A stretch of 64,000 nt of DNA from Spirochaetia bacterium (lineage in GTDB: Bacteria; Spirochaetota; Spirochaetia; UBA9216). The position numbers and the translations under genes are program-made. This document shows positions 54,266 through 64,000 of the stretch, in pieces. Numbering within the stretch: the stretch's first letter is position 1; each line of letters opens with the position of its first letter. The notes beneath the pieces are model-generated. The model saw only the letters and a program-made list of their open reading frames with translations. It did no database searches and was not told where the DNA came from. The DNA lies in NCBI GenBank assembly GCA_963675665.1, contig OY776510.1, forward strand, positions 4,000,001 to 4,064,000. The letters are read 5' to 3'.

Positions 54266-54349
54266 CTTCTGTTTCTCCTAAACATTTTTATTCAGAGTTT
54301 GATTTAAATTATAAGTATATGTTGTTCATTAGTCAAAACGGTTCAGGGA

Positions 54350-55219
54350 TTATTTTAAAGTTTCGGCTACAAGTCGGCTTAAATATTCTATCTGCTCGAC
54401 TGTCATTTCTTCAGCCCTGATATCCGGAGAAATTCCAGCCTGAACAACAGCTGTCAGCAAGGCATCCTTTCCAAGCCGGGCGCCGATTCGTCCCGAAGCC
54501 AGATTATTTGATATCTTTTTCCGCCTGGCATGAAAAAGATCTTCTATCAGCTGATAAAATACTTCCGGATTCCCGGGATTAAATCTGCCGTGAGGTCTCA
54601 ACTCAACGACTGCTGATTGAACTGCAGGCCTGGGATAGAACGACCCGGGTTTTAAATCACCATGCTGGATAATATCGTATTTGGACTGACATACAAGCGA
54701 GAAACTGGAATACTCTTTTCCACCCGGTTTCGCCGCCATTCTCTGTCCGACTTCTTTTTGAAGAGTAAAAGCCATACCCTTAGGTTGCAGAGACGATTTT
54801 ATTATCTCAGCTATCATTACAGAACCCGTAATATAGGGGAGATTTCCAAGGATATAATCGGGAGATGCAACTTCACCGGTTCCGATTTTTTTCAGGCTTT
54901 TAAGAAAATCCCCTTCGATCAGCTGAAAATTCTCCATGCGGCCGTAAAAGCCTTCGAGGCATTCGATAAATCCATGATCAATTTCAAAAACCGTAACATC
55001 AGCATCAAGTTCAAGCAGATGCCAGGTCAGGGCCCCGAGCCCCGGGCCTATTTCCCATACTCTCCGGCCTTTTTTTATCTGTAAACAGTCGATTATCTTT
55101 TCCCTGCCTCCCCGGTTTACAAGAAAATTCTGCCCGAACCTTTTTTTCATGCTGAAGTTTTTTGATTCTAAAAACTCTTTCAAATCAGCAGGCGAGTCAT
55201 AATTTACCGGATAGTCCAT
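54350..55219 (-). CDS. rsmA: 16S rRNA m6,2A1518/1519 dimethyltransferase
   Basis: KKRFGQNFL, EIGPGLGALT, FEID, GNLPY, QKEV, FYPRPAVQS; start placed at ATG 55219. Confidence 0.95.
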   Translation of the reverse strand: MDYPVNYDSPADLKEFLESKNFSMKKRFGQNFLVNRGGREKIIDCLQIKKGRRVWEIGPGLGALTWHLLELDADVTVFEIDHGFIECLEGFYGRMENFQLIEGDFLKSLKKIGTGEVASPDYILGNLPYITGSVMIAEIIKSSLQPKGMAFTLQKEVGQRMAAKPGGKEYSSFSLVCQSKYDIIQHGDLKPGSFYPRPAVQSAVVELRPHGRFNPGNPEVFYQLIEDLFHARRKKISNNLASGRIGARLGKDALLTAVVQAGISPDIRAEEMTVEQIEYLSRLVAETLK

Positions 55220-56627
55220 CCATTTTTCTCCTGTATATACTGTAGACAACAAGCACCAGAACAACAATAGCACACAGCAGGATTACTTTTCGGCCCTGGG
55301 TCGCTGCTGATACGCACGGAAAGCCGGCGGCTTTCTCAGCCGCGACAATCACAGCCTTATAAAGAAACTGCGCTGCCGTCGAAAAGACTGCCAACCCCGT
55401 TGCCAGATACAGTATACCGATCCATATGAAAACAGTCACTATCGGCGCGATAACAATTCCTGCGGCAATTCCGACAGGATACAATTCTCCGAATACCGTT
55501 AACAGCAGCGGTGTTACAAACAGCTGGGCTCCGATTGAACATGATAATGCCGCACAAAGCACAGAAGGCAACCAGGGGCACAACATTCTGTATATTATCG
55601 GCGAAGCGATAATTATACCGCCTACGGCAAGAAATGAAAGCTGAAACGATACGGTATAAAACGATTCCGGCTGAAAAATTACAAGCGTAATAAATGAAAG
55701 CAAAAGAATATCAAGGGCCCTGAATTTTCTGTAGAAAACAGTTGCCAATCCGCAGTAGAGATACATGACTGCGGCCCTGACAAGCGATACTCCGAAACCG
55801 GTCAAAAACAAATATCCGGATATTACAATACAGCTTATTATGAAGGCCGGTACTTTTCCCGGAAGAGGTTTTAGAAGAAGAAGCAGAATCGCTGACAGTA
55901 TACCAAGATGCATTCCCGACAGCGCAAGAATATGCGAACAGCCTGCCTTGCGGAAAATCCCGGCAGAATGGCCGGAGAGTCCGTCCCTGTTCCCGGTAAA
56001 AAGCGCAGCAAACAAGCCGCCAGCTTCCTCGCCAAGATCTTCACATCGGAAGTTTATACTTTCCAGTATTGAAGCCCTTATTCTGAATGATGCTGAACTC
56101 CAGCCCTTTTTTAAAAGGCTGCCTTCTGACGGGTACGAGATAAAGACCGCCGGGTCTTTTATCAGCGACAAAGATCCTGCTTTTTGAGTTTCATATAGCT
56201 CAGAAGTGTTTCCCGGAATCAACAGAGCCGCTTCAACTTCAAGGATTCTTCCCATGCCGACATTCGGATCCTCATTGAAAAACAGCATAACCTTACCGCC
56301 GGCTGAGGCTTCGCCGCCCCTGTCGTTACAGACGCTGCTCAACTCCATTTCCAGCAGGAAATTACCCGTGGAAAGCTTTCGACTGTCCGAAGCAGCCATG
56401 CCCTTCAAGACGGCGGCATTTCCCGCAGGTATACCGGCCCATGCCGGAGTTGCGTTCAGATTGAAACTTATACTGATTAATAACCCTGCGCCTGCAGCGA
56501 CCAGGAAAGCAGCCGGCAAAAGCCTATGCTTCAATACCGCAGCAAAAGCAGAAAGAGAAAGAATAATCCCGCAGAACAGCGGAACATAAAAGCGTATCCC
56601 GCTATTTAGATTTTCTATAAGCACCAT
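55197..56627 (-). CDS. comEC: ComEC/Rec2 competence-domain membrane protein (no C-terminal beta-lactamase-fold domain)
   Basis: GCSHILALSGMHL, SLVRAAVM, SFQLSFLAV. Confidence 0.85.
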   Translation of the reverse strand: MVLIENLNSGIRFYVPLFCGIILSLSAFAAVLKHRLLPAAFLVAAGAGLLISISFNLNATPAWAGIPAGNAAVLKGMAASDSRKLSTGNFLLEMELSSVCNDRGGEASAGGKVMLFFNEDPNVGMGRILEVEAALLIPGNTSELYETQKAGSLSLIKDPAVFISYPSEGSLLKKGWSSASFRIRASILESINFRCEDLGEEAGGLFAALFTGNRDGLSGHSAGIFRKAGCSHILALSGMHLGILSAILLLLLKPLPGKVPAFIISCIVISGYLFLTGFGVSLVRAAVMYLYCGLATVFYRKFRALDILLLSFITLVIFQPESFYTVSFQLSFLAVGGIIIASPIIYRMLCPWLPSVLCAALSCSIGAQLFVTPLLLTVFGELYPVGIAAGIVIAPIVTVFIWIGILYLATGLAVFSTAAQFLYKAVIVAAEKAAGFPCVSAATQGRKVILLCAIVVLVLVVYSIYRRKMDGLSGKL

Positions 56628-56697
56628 TCGTATCAGTAAAGAAGAAGAAAGACCATAAATGAAAGGATTACCGGAAATTTTTAAAATAAAACCATTT

Positions 56698-57894
56698 TTA
56701 ATTGTTTTTAAGATTTTTCAGAGCCTCCCTTGCCGCCCTCTGCACGGTACCGGAATAATTCAGATATCCGGTATACAGCAGATAATCGAAAGCAGTATTG
56801 TCCCCGAGTTCTCCGAGGTTTCTGATTACACTCAAAATAATCTGTTCGTTAACAAAATCGCCGTTCTCCGTATAGGAATTGAGAACTTCCAGATACAGCG
56901 TTAGCCTGACGGCAGCATCATGAGTACCCGAATTCCCCAGCGCATCAATTGCTTCTACAAGATTAACCTCACGGCACAATCCCTGTTCAAGCTCAAAAAC
57001 CGTACTGTCGAAATGTTTAACAAGATTATCCGTTACACCCGCCCAGTTTAGCGCCGTAATCTGACGGACAGCCTCATACCTCAGTTCACGCAGAACCGAT
57101 TCTTCCGCCTGGACTTCAGGCTCGGAATACAAACCAATATCAAGGGCTACCAGGGCTATGGCGGCTTTATCATCACGAGACAGATTCTCCTGGCCGTAGG
57201 CTGCCTTTAACGCCGCTATTTTTTCTTCCGGTATGCTGGAACGGATTACCTGAATAATATGATCGGTAAAATAACCGTCTATCTTTCCCAGAGCTTCGGC
57301 GGCGCTGTCATTAACTATCTGTTCGTAACCTATAGTACCTGTAGTAAATACGATAGGAAATGATGTAGGGTCTCCCAGTTTCCCAAGGGTTGCTACAATT
57401 TCGGCTACAAGTTTATTATCCGGTTTTTTACCTGACTTAAATTCGTTATTATAATCGCGCAGCCAGGCATTAATACCGTATATAATCTCCGGTGTGCCCG
57501 TTGCCGTATCTCCGAGGGCGTTCATGATTTCAACCCTGATTTGGGAATCGTCTATAAGGTTGAAGAACTGCCAGAGGTTCTCTGCAGATTCTTTAACGGA
57601 ATTCGTTCCCAAAAGCCTTACTGTAAAATTAATCAGATCCCGCCCGATAGTATCACCCTGAAGCATCCACGAATTACTGATTATAAAATCGAGAGAAAGC
57701 AGATAAAGAGGAGACATGTCTGCATCCTCGTATTCAAGCGAGTCCTGCAGGACACGAACCTTTGTTGCAAGACTTCCCCTGGTAAAATTTTTCCTGAAAG
57801 CTTCAACCACTTCGGGATTATCAGCACTGAAAAGCGGAACTGATAATATGCAGATAAGTATAATGCCGATAATAACAGTTGAAAATTTCCTCAT
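56698..57894 (-). CDS. Exported HEAT-repeat protein
   Basis: Signal peptide; IMNALG, VATLGKLG, AEALG, AIDALG, IRNLGELG. Confidence 0.8.
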   Translation of the reverse strand: MRKFSTVIIGIILICILSVPLFSADNPEVVEAFRKNFTRGSLATKVRVLQDSLEYEDADMSPLYLLSLDFIISNSWMLQGDTIGRDLINFTVRLLGTNSVKESAENLWQFFNLIDDSQIRVEIMNALGDTATGTPEIIYGINAWLRDYNNEFKSGKKPDNKLVAEIVATLGKLGDPTSFPIVFTTGTIGYEQIVNDSAAEALGKIDGYFTDHIIQVIRSSIPEEKIAALKAAYGQENLSRDDKAAIALVALDIGLYSEPEVQAEESVLRELRYEAVRQITALNWAGVTDNLVKHFDSTVFELEQGLCREVNLVEAIDALGNSGTHDAAVRLTLYLEVLNSYTENGDFVNEQIILSVIRNLGELGDNTAFDYLLYTGYLNYSGTVQRAAREALKNLKNN

Positions 57895-57903
57895 TAAATA
57901 TCC

Positions 57904-58938
57904 TTAATAATTCGAAACCCTGCTGCGACCTTTCTTCGGTTCGCGTTCTCCGAATATATTGTAAACATAAGACAGAAGCTGATTGCGGATAACAGGATTC
58001 AGCGGGGCAGCCTGAAGATGCAGAATTGACTGATTTTTCTTCGGATTAAAGTTTACACCCCGCACCGTACCAATCATTCGAATTTTATACGGCGGAAGAT
58101 TATACTGCAGTTTTACGGTAATACCTACCTTGGCTTTTCCTCCGATCATCAGCGCTGCGCCGCCTTCCGAAACATCAATCAAACGGCAGCGGAGCCCTGC
58201 CGTCTTTTCCTCCGAATCATTACTTTCAGTGATGTTTTTCAGTAAATAGAGCTGCGCCGGCCGGTTTACATCAATTCTGACCGACGAACGTTTCTGGCTC
58301 CGCACCAGATTATCGGAATGGGATATATGCAGAATTGCATAATTTTTTTCCGAATAATCCTGAAGGACGGTTGAATCAAAAACATAACCCGCATCATCAC
58401 CTCTCCAGAAAAATACATTAATATCCTGCCCTTTCCAGTCAAACCCTTCAGGGAGAACCGGACCTTCCGGATATGAAATTGCTATGTATTTTCTGAGATT
58501 TTCAACAACACTGGCCATATAGGTTCCCGCACCGGGAAGATTAATCTTGATCTTCTGATGGGTTGCAATTTTTCGGCTGGTTTTAAGACCCAGCTTGTAT
58601 TTGGGAAGATTCAATTCAACCCTGCGTCTGAAATCAAAAAGTTTTCCTATAAAATTTACATTTGTTTCTTCAGCATAGACGCCTTCATTACGAAACTTTG
58701 TTATGGTTCCCCTAATCGAACGATCAAGCTGCTTTATCGACCAGAACAGCGAAGTAGGATTCTCAAGACGGTTTTCAACAGCCACCTTCCGAAGTAGATG
58801 ACATTCGCGCATACTGAACCCGGATTCCCTGCCCTTGGCATAGAACTGGACCCATGGGAAATTACCTCCGCCCATCCTTCTGAGTGCAATTATGAGTACA
58901 AGGAACAGAATAAAAATTATACCAAGAATAATCCACAT
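57904..58938 (-). CDS. Membrane-anchored PilZ-domain (flagellar-brake-like) c-di-GMP receptor
   Basis: QKRSSVR (RxxxR) and DVSEGG (DxSxxG) motifs; N-terminal TM segment. Confidence 0.88.
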   Translation of the reverse strand: MWIILGIIFILFLVLIIALRRMGGGNFPWVQFYAKGRESGFSMRECHLLRKVAVENRLENPTSLFWSIKQLDRSIRGTITKFRNEGVYAEETNVNFIGKLFDFRRRVELNLPKYKLGLKTSRKIATHQKIKINLPGAGTYMASVVENLRKYIAISYPEGPVLPEGFDWKGQDINVFFWRGDDAGYVFDSTVLQDYSEKNYAILHISHSDNLVRSQKRSSVRIDVNRPAQLYLLKNITESNDSEEKTAGLRCRLIDVSEGGAALMIGGKAKVGITVKLQYNLPPYKIRMIGTVRGVNFNPKKNQSILHLQAAPLNPVIRNQLLSYVYNIFGEREPKKGRSRVSNY

Positions 58939-59024
58939 AATATTAGTATCGATCTTTCACCTTATTAACTGTAACTATCTGTTTTTTCTTGCAATTAGCA
59001 AAAATATTAGTAATATTCTACTGT

Positions 59025-59732
59025 GTGAATGATTTTTTTTCCAGTAGAAAGAATAAAAAAATTGATCTTGCAGTTTTAGAGCCGATTCTGCTGTTTTCCG
59101 CCTTTTTTCTTCCGGGCTATATCTCTCAGGGCATTCAGGAAACCGTCCCGGATATGTTCGAAAGCGCTTTTTTTAATTTTTACTACCTTTTCTCAGTAAT
59201 TCCGCAAATTCTACTGACAATGTATATCATTGTTTTAAAACCGGGAAGAAAACTTTCCGATTTTGACATCGGCCCGGCATCAGCGCATGACCTCTGGAAA
59301 GCGTTGCTTACGGTAGCAGGAATATATCTCTGTATTCTGCCTGTAGGATTTGCAGCTGTAACACTTGTTCCGGAACTAGACAATCCCGTTGTATACGGGG
59401 CAGGCTGGAAATTCTCAAACATGAAACTCGTCCCGCTGGTTCTGCTTTCATGCATGGCAACCGGATACTCTGAAGAATTGTTTTTCAGATCTTATCTTTA
59501 CAAAACTCTTCGCCGTGCCGGAACAGGAACGGTTACAGCCGTAATAATAACAACCCTGCTCTTCGGTACCGGGCACATCTACGAAGGCTACTATGCCTTT
59601 GCTGCAACATCGGTCATCGGGGCATTTCTGTCGTTTGTTTTTATAAAAACGAAATCCATTCATACAATCGCAATCGGCCATGGCCTTTATAATTTTTCAG
59701 TACTAATGTTAAGCATGACGGAGGAATTATGA
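59025..59732 (+). CDS. CPBP/Abi-family intramembrane metalloprotease
   Basis: EELFFR, FGTGH, HGLYN motifs; start codon uncertain. Confidence 0.88.
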   Translation: MNDFFSSRKNKKIDLAVLEPILLFSAFFLPGYISQGIQETVPDMFESAFFNFYYLFSVIPQILLTMYIIVLKPGRKLSDFDIGPASAHDLWKALLTVAGIYLCILPVGFAAVTLVPELDNPVVYGAGWKFSNMKLVPLVLLSCMATGYSEELFFRSYLYKTLRRAGTGTVTAVIITTLLFGTGHIYEGYYAFAATSVIGAFLSFVFIKTKSIHTIAIGHGLYNFSVLMLSMTEEL

Positions 59733-61432
59733 ACTTGATAAGAAAATTCTTTGTGTTTATGATACTGCTTTTATTTCTGACACAGTTCCTGCCAGCACAG
59801 CAGGCACCGGATTTTGAAATCAGTGCCGAAATAGTAAACGGTTCAGGCGCCGGATATCTGCTCCGGGTTGAGTATGATTTTCCTGAAGGCTTTCATCAAA
59901 CTTTCCAGGAGAATTTTTTTAAATTCGAGATAACTGCACCGGATTATTTGGAAGCCGGAACAATAATATACCCCGAAGGAAAGCAGGAAGGGGATGTTAT
60001 GAATTATTACGGCAGAACCGTTATCACAGCGGATCTTCTGAACTTTGATCCGACAAATACTTCACCCGTAACAATAAAGGCATTCTGGCAGCTTTGCAAC
60101 GAAGAAGGTATGTGCCTGTTCCCGCAGTCGGCAGAGGTTGAGGCTGACGCATCCTATTCCGTTATGCCCGTGGAACAGGAAAAAGCAGGTTTTACTTCCG
60201 GCATCCTGTTTTTTCTTATTCTATCATTCCTGGGCGGGCTTCTGCTGAATGTTATGCCCTGTGTTCTTCCGGTCCTTTCTATTAAGGCTCTCAGCCTGGT
60301 TAAACAGGGAGGTGAAGATAAAAAGCAGATACTTATATCTTCCCTGCTTTATACTGCAGGTATTCTCGTTTCACTGCTTGCACTGGCGGCAGTGGTCATA
60401 ATCATAAAAGCTTCCGGCGAACAGGTGGGCTGGGGATTCCAGTTTCAAAACCGCGGATTTGTACTTGTTCTTCTTACCATTATCTTTGTTTTTGCACTTT
60501 CCCTTTTTGAGGTCTTTACAATTTCCGCTCCTGTAATGAGAACAGGAAGTTCTCCGATTCGATCAGGAAAAAGCAGCGCCGGTTCGCATTTTTTCAGCGG
60601 GGTTATTGCGGTGCTTCTTGCAACCCCCTGCACCGCTCCGTTTCTGGGCACCGCCGCAGGTTTTGCTTTCTCCCAGACCGCTCCGGTAATAATCGGGGTT
60701 TTTCTCATGGTAGGACTCGGCCTTGCATTTCCTTTCATCCTGATAGGTATTTTCCCGTCTTTTGTATCGAGACTGCCCAAACCCGGAGCCTGGATGAATA
60801 CTTTTCGCGAGATAATGGGTTTTCTGCTTATCGGCACTTCGGTATGGCTTATTGACGTATTGATCTATCAAAGCGAACCGGGATTTCTTACCAGGGTTCT
60901 GGTGTATCTGACCGCCCTTGCCGTTTCAGCCTGGTTGTACGGAAGATTTTCAGCGCCCGGTGCTTCTACAAAGAAACGGCTTGCGGGTTTTGCTGCCGCC
61001 GTTCTGATAGCGGCTTTAAGCGCTTTCCTTCTTTTCGGCGGCGAACAGGGATCCAGACAGGAAATTACAGCCGATACCGCATCAAATTCCCGATATTCAA
61101 CATGGCTTGAATTCAGTCCGGAAACAGTGCTGAAGAATGCGGGAGGCAGCCGGCCTGTTTTTGTCGCCTTCGGCGCAAAATGGTGCATGACCTGCAGGAC
61201 AAATGAAAGCACCGTTATATTCACCGATGAAATCACAGATTTCTTTGAAGAAAGCAATGCGTTGCTGATTCACGGAGACTATACAAATAAAAACCCGGAA
61301 ATCGACAGCTGGATGAAAGACTTCGGCCGTGCAGGTGTTCCGTTTTATACCTGGTATCCGGCCGGTTCAACAGAAGCCGTACTTCTGCCTGAAATTATTA
61401 CCAAAAAAACCATAACCGGACTTTCAGAATAA
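59729..61432 (+). CDS. dsbD: Protein-disulfide reductase DsbD-family protein
   Basis: QLCNEEGMC alpha domain, LNVMPCVLP and ATPCTAP beta domain, WCMTC thioredoxin domain. Confidence 0.88.
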   Translation: MNLIRKFFVFMILLLFLTQFLPAQQAPDFEISAEIVNGSGAGYLLRVEYDFPEGFHQTFQENFFKFEITAPDYLEAGTIIYPEGKQEGDVMNYYGRTVITADLLNFDPTNTSPVTIKAFWQLCNEEGMCLFPQSAEVEADASYSVMPVEQEKAGFTSGILFFLILSFLGGLLLNVMPCVLPVLSIKALSLVKQGGEDKKQILISSLLYTAGILVSLLALAAVVIIIKASGEQVGWGFQFQNRGFVLVLLTIIFVFALSLFEVFTISAPVMRTGSSPIRSGKSSAGSHFFSGVIAVLLATPCTAPFLGTAAGFAFSQTAPVIIGVFLMVGLGLAFPFILIGIFPSFVSRLPKPGAWMNTFREIMGFLLIGTSVWLIDVLIYQSEPGFLTRVLVYLTALAVSAWLYGRFSAPGASTKKRLAGFAAAVLIAALSAFLLFGGEQGSRQEITADTASNSRYSTWLEFSPETVLKNAGGSRPVFVAFGAKWCMTCRTNESTVIFTDEITDFFEESNALLIHGDYTNKNPEIDSWMKDFGRAGVPFYTWYPAGSTEAVLLPEIITKKTITGLSE

Positions 61433-61555
61433 TCATTGTATAAATGATTACTCAATTATCAGCCGATAGCTGATAATTCTACTTATAGAAATAGACAACC
61501 CGGCCTGTATCTGGTATCCTTGTAGTAATTAACTATTATTATCCGGAGGAGCAGA

Positions 61556-63463
61556 TTGAAAAGCAGTAAAGATACTTTGGCGCAGAGATTAAAATTGATT
61601 TGTGCAAAATATGCTGACCTGAATATCTTTTTAATCAAGGATCAGAAGAACAATTTTCAGCCCCTGAAATTCAGGGATTTCTGGAATGAAGTAAAAGTCT
61701 ACAGTTCCGGGTTAAATGCAATAGGCATTAAACGCGGTGATCATATCGGGATAATTTCTGAAAACCGAAAAGAGTGGATAATGACTGATTTCGGCGTCAC
61801 AGGCCTCGGAGCAGTTGACGTGCCGCGCGGCTGCGATTCAACAGCTGATGAAATTCAGTACATTCTTGCGCACGCCGATTGTCCTGTTACATTCGCTGAA
61901 AATTACGCGCAGGCGGAAAAAATCCTCTCTAAAATCGACAGTATCAAACTCCTGAAAAAAATAGTTCTCTTTGATCCGAAGAATATGGACAAGCTCAAGC
62001 CTCCGGCGGATGTTGAACTTCTTTCTTTTGATGATGTGTACAAACTTGGAGAAGAGGCCTTTAAAAAAGAGCCCGACCTCTTTGAAAACGAAATGGAAAA
62101 AGGAAGCTGCGAGGACCTTGCTACAATCATATATACTTCCGGAACTACCGGCAATCCGAAGGGCGTCATGCTTACTCATAAAGCGTTTCTGTTCCAGGTA
62201 GACCGTATTAAACCACATCTTAATCTCTGTCCGGGCGAGATAATGCTTTCGGTACTTCCGATATGGCATTCTTTCGAACGCGCCTGCATGTATATTTCCG
62301 TCTTCCTCGGCCTTGCCACGGCCTTTTCAAAACCGGTCGGAGCAGTCATGATGCCTGATATGGAAAAAGTCAAGCCGCAGTGGCTGACCTCTGTTCCGCG
62401 CATATGGGAAAGCGTCCACGCGGCAGTACTTCGCAGCATCAACAGCGGAAGCGCAACCAAAAAAGGACTTTTCTTCTTTTTTCTCAGCATAAGCGAAATT
62501 CAGACCTATCTTTACGATATGTTTACCGGAACCCTTCCGCAGTTTTCCAAAAGGAACAGGTTCATAGATATCTTTGTCAGCGTAATTCCGCTGGCTGTCC
62601 TTACGCCGTTTAAGAAACTCGGGGATATTCTTGTTTTCAGCAAGCTGAAAAATAAACTCGGCGGCCGTTTCAAAGCCGGGATTTCAGGCGGGGGGGCCCT
62701 GCCCTCTCATATCGACAAGTTCTTCAGGGCGGTAGGAATCTCAGTGCTTGAAGGTTACGGGCTTACTGAAACAGCACCGATTCTTGCAGTACGAATTGAT
62801 TCCAAACCGGTGCCGAATACAGTCGGACCATTGCTGGAAGATATAGATTACAGGATCATAAGTAAAGACGGAGCTATCATGCCTGTAGGTTACAAAGGCG
62901 AACTTCATGTTAAAAGCGAGCAGGTTATGCTCGGTTACTACAAGGAACCTGAACTCACGTCAGCCATTCTTAAAAACGGATGGCTTAATACCGGTGATAT
63001 AGCTGTTTTTACCCATACAGGGGAATTTAAAATACTTGGACGCTCCAAGGAAACAATAGTGCTCAGGGGCGGCGAGAATGTTGAACCGGTGCCTATTGAA
63101 GACAAACTGAACCAGTCGGACTATATCTCACAGGTTATGGTAGTCGGCCAGGACCAAAAGTTTCTCGGTGCCCTTATAGTTCCGGACATCGAAGTAATTG
63201 AAAATCTGGCTATCGAAAAAGGCATTTCCTACCTTGAGAAGGAAGAGCTTTTCAGTAACCCGTTTATCGAAGAACTTATGAACAACGAGATCAAATCGCT
63301 TGTAAACGCAAAAACAGGCTTTAAAGCCTTTGAGCGGATATTCAGGTTCAAGCTCCTTCCAAAAGAATTCGAGGTCGGCGTTGAAATGACACATTCGCTC
63401 AAGTTGAGAAGAAATGTAATTACCAAGATTTATAAAAACGAGATTCGGGATCTCTTTAAATAG
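61556..63463 (+). CDS. fadD: Long-chain fatty acid-CoA ligase
   Basis: YTSGTTGNPKG, EGYGLTET, GWLNTGD, GRSKE...GGENVEP. Confidence 0.9.
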   Translation: MKSSKDTLAQRLKLICAKYADLNIFLIKDQKNNFQPLKFRDFWNEVKVYSSGLNAIGIKRGDHIGIISENRKEWIMTDFGVTGLGAVDVPRGCDSTADEIQYILAHADCPVTFAENYAQAEKILSKIDSIKLLKKIVLFDPKNMDKLKPPADVELLSFDDVYKLGEEAFKKEPDLFENEMEKGSCEDLATIIYTSGTTGNPKGVMLTHKAFLFQVDRIKPHLNLCPGEIMLSVLPIWHSFERACMYISVFLGLATAFSKPVGAVMMPDMEKVKPQWLTSVPRIWESVHAAVLRSINSGSATKKGLFFFFLSISEIQTYLYDMFTGTLPQFSKRNRFIDIFVSVIPLAVLTPFKKLGDILVFSKLKNKLGGRFKAGISGGGALPSHIDKFFRAVGISVLEGYGLTETAPILAVRIDSKPVPNTVGPLLEDIDYRIISKDGAIMPVGYKGELHVKSEQVMLGYYKEPELTSAILKNGWLNTGDIAVFTHTGEFKILGRSKETIVLRGGENVEPVPIEDKLNQSDYISQVMVVGQDQKFLGALIVPDIEVIENLAIEKGISYLEKEELFSNPFIEELMNNEIKSLVNAKTGFKAFERIFRFKLLPKEFEVGVEMTHSLKLRRNVITKIYKNEIRDLFK

Positions 63464-63478
63464 CAGGAACCTTCTTCC

Positions 63479-63525
63479 AAAAAAAGCTCTGCAGCACACC
63501 CATGTGTTCTGCAGAGCTTTTTTTA
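63479..63525. terminator. Bidirectional terminator
   Basis: AAAAAAGCTCTGCAG...CTGCAGAGCTTTTTTT between convergent genes. Confidence 0.85.
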
Positions 63526-63540
63526 TTACCGCCGGACAGT

Positions 63541-64000
63541 TTAGAATTTATACTGAAACATTATTGTGCTCTGCATTGTTTCTTCCTGCAGGTTTGTTCC
63601 GACAAGCGGAAACCCGAAAATATAGCCGACCTGGGCAAAATCAATAATATTCAGCGCAACCTCAAACCCTGTAGAACAGACGAATTCGCCGTTATCAGAA
63701 TCCCGGTATTCCGTATTAAAATACCTGCCCGCAAAGTAACCCATGTCAAAAAACAGGTTAATCAGTGGATTGGTATTGTCTATAAACTCTATACCATAAA
63801 ATCTGACGTCAAAATTATTAACGGCGGTAAATTCCGTTCCCATTGAATTGCTCTCAAATCCGCGCATCTTTGTACCAAGTGCCGGACTCTCCTGGTAAAA
63901 CTGGGGAATGGCCGAGCCGGTTGTATAGTCAACCTGTACCCTGTCGGCAAGGTAGATGCCGAGAAGTTCAAGCTCGCTGTTTTTCCGCTTTAAATCGAGC
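63541..64000 (-). CDS. 3' end of a probable Omp85/BamA-superfamily-like outer-membrane protein (starts outside window)
   Basis: Frame open to the window edge; MRGF resembles the VRGF/Y loop-6 motif; FFDMG; ends QYKF. Confidence 0.55.
   Translation of the reverse strand, partial: LDLKRKNSELELLGIYLADRVQVDYTTGSAIPQFYQESPALGTKMRGFESNSMGTEFTAVNNFDVRFYGIEFIDNTNPLINLFFDMGYFAGRYFNTEYRDSDNGEFVCSTGFEVALNIIDFAQVGYIFGFPLVGTNLQEETMQSTIMFQYKF

Noticed and set aside
55197-56627. ComEC without the beta-lactamase-fold domain as a pseudogene
   Set aside because: The ORF is intact and overlaps rsmA; short ComEC forms are known in many lineages.

Overview
64-kb chromosomal segment of a Spirochaetales bacterium; the 16S rRNA and the spirochaete-type gene set suggest a free-living Spirochaetaceae-like organism. 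From left to right: (1) A core cluster with cdd, recN, nadK, a DegT-like gene and cheW. (2) A ~19-kb accessory region (7.6-26.3 kb) with two paralogous secreted beta-barrel/Ig/transglutaminase-like/TPR genes, each next to a different large surface lipoprotein. It also holds a GGDEF protein, an MFS-HEAT fusion, an amber-interrupted soluble chemoreceptor, a 7TM-LuxR regulator frameshifted at an A8 tract, and a complete IS66 (8-bp target duplication) inside one lipoprotein. (3) A minus-strand rRNA operon (16S, tRNA-Ile, 23S, 5S) followed by a shrunken 5S-like copy. (4) Housekeeping genes (adk, upp, tRNA-Glu, tRNA-Lys, mtaB, tyrA, pta). (5) A GntR-led sugar-ABC operon containing an FGGY kinase and an orphan TrpA-like enzyme with no trpB. 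(6) A lysine riboswitch with dapB-dapA. (7) rsmA, comEC, PilZ, dsbD, fadD and a partial Omp85-like gene. The best candidates for undescribed systems are the TrpA-like/kinase/ABC catabolic operon and the duplicated transglutaminase-TPR plus lipoprotein module with its possibly phase-variable regulator. All family assignments come from motif recognition by eye; no searches were run.
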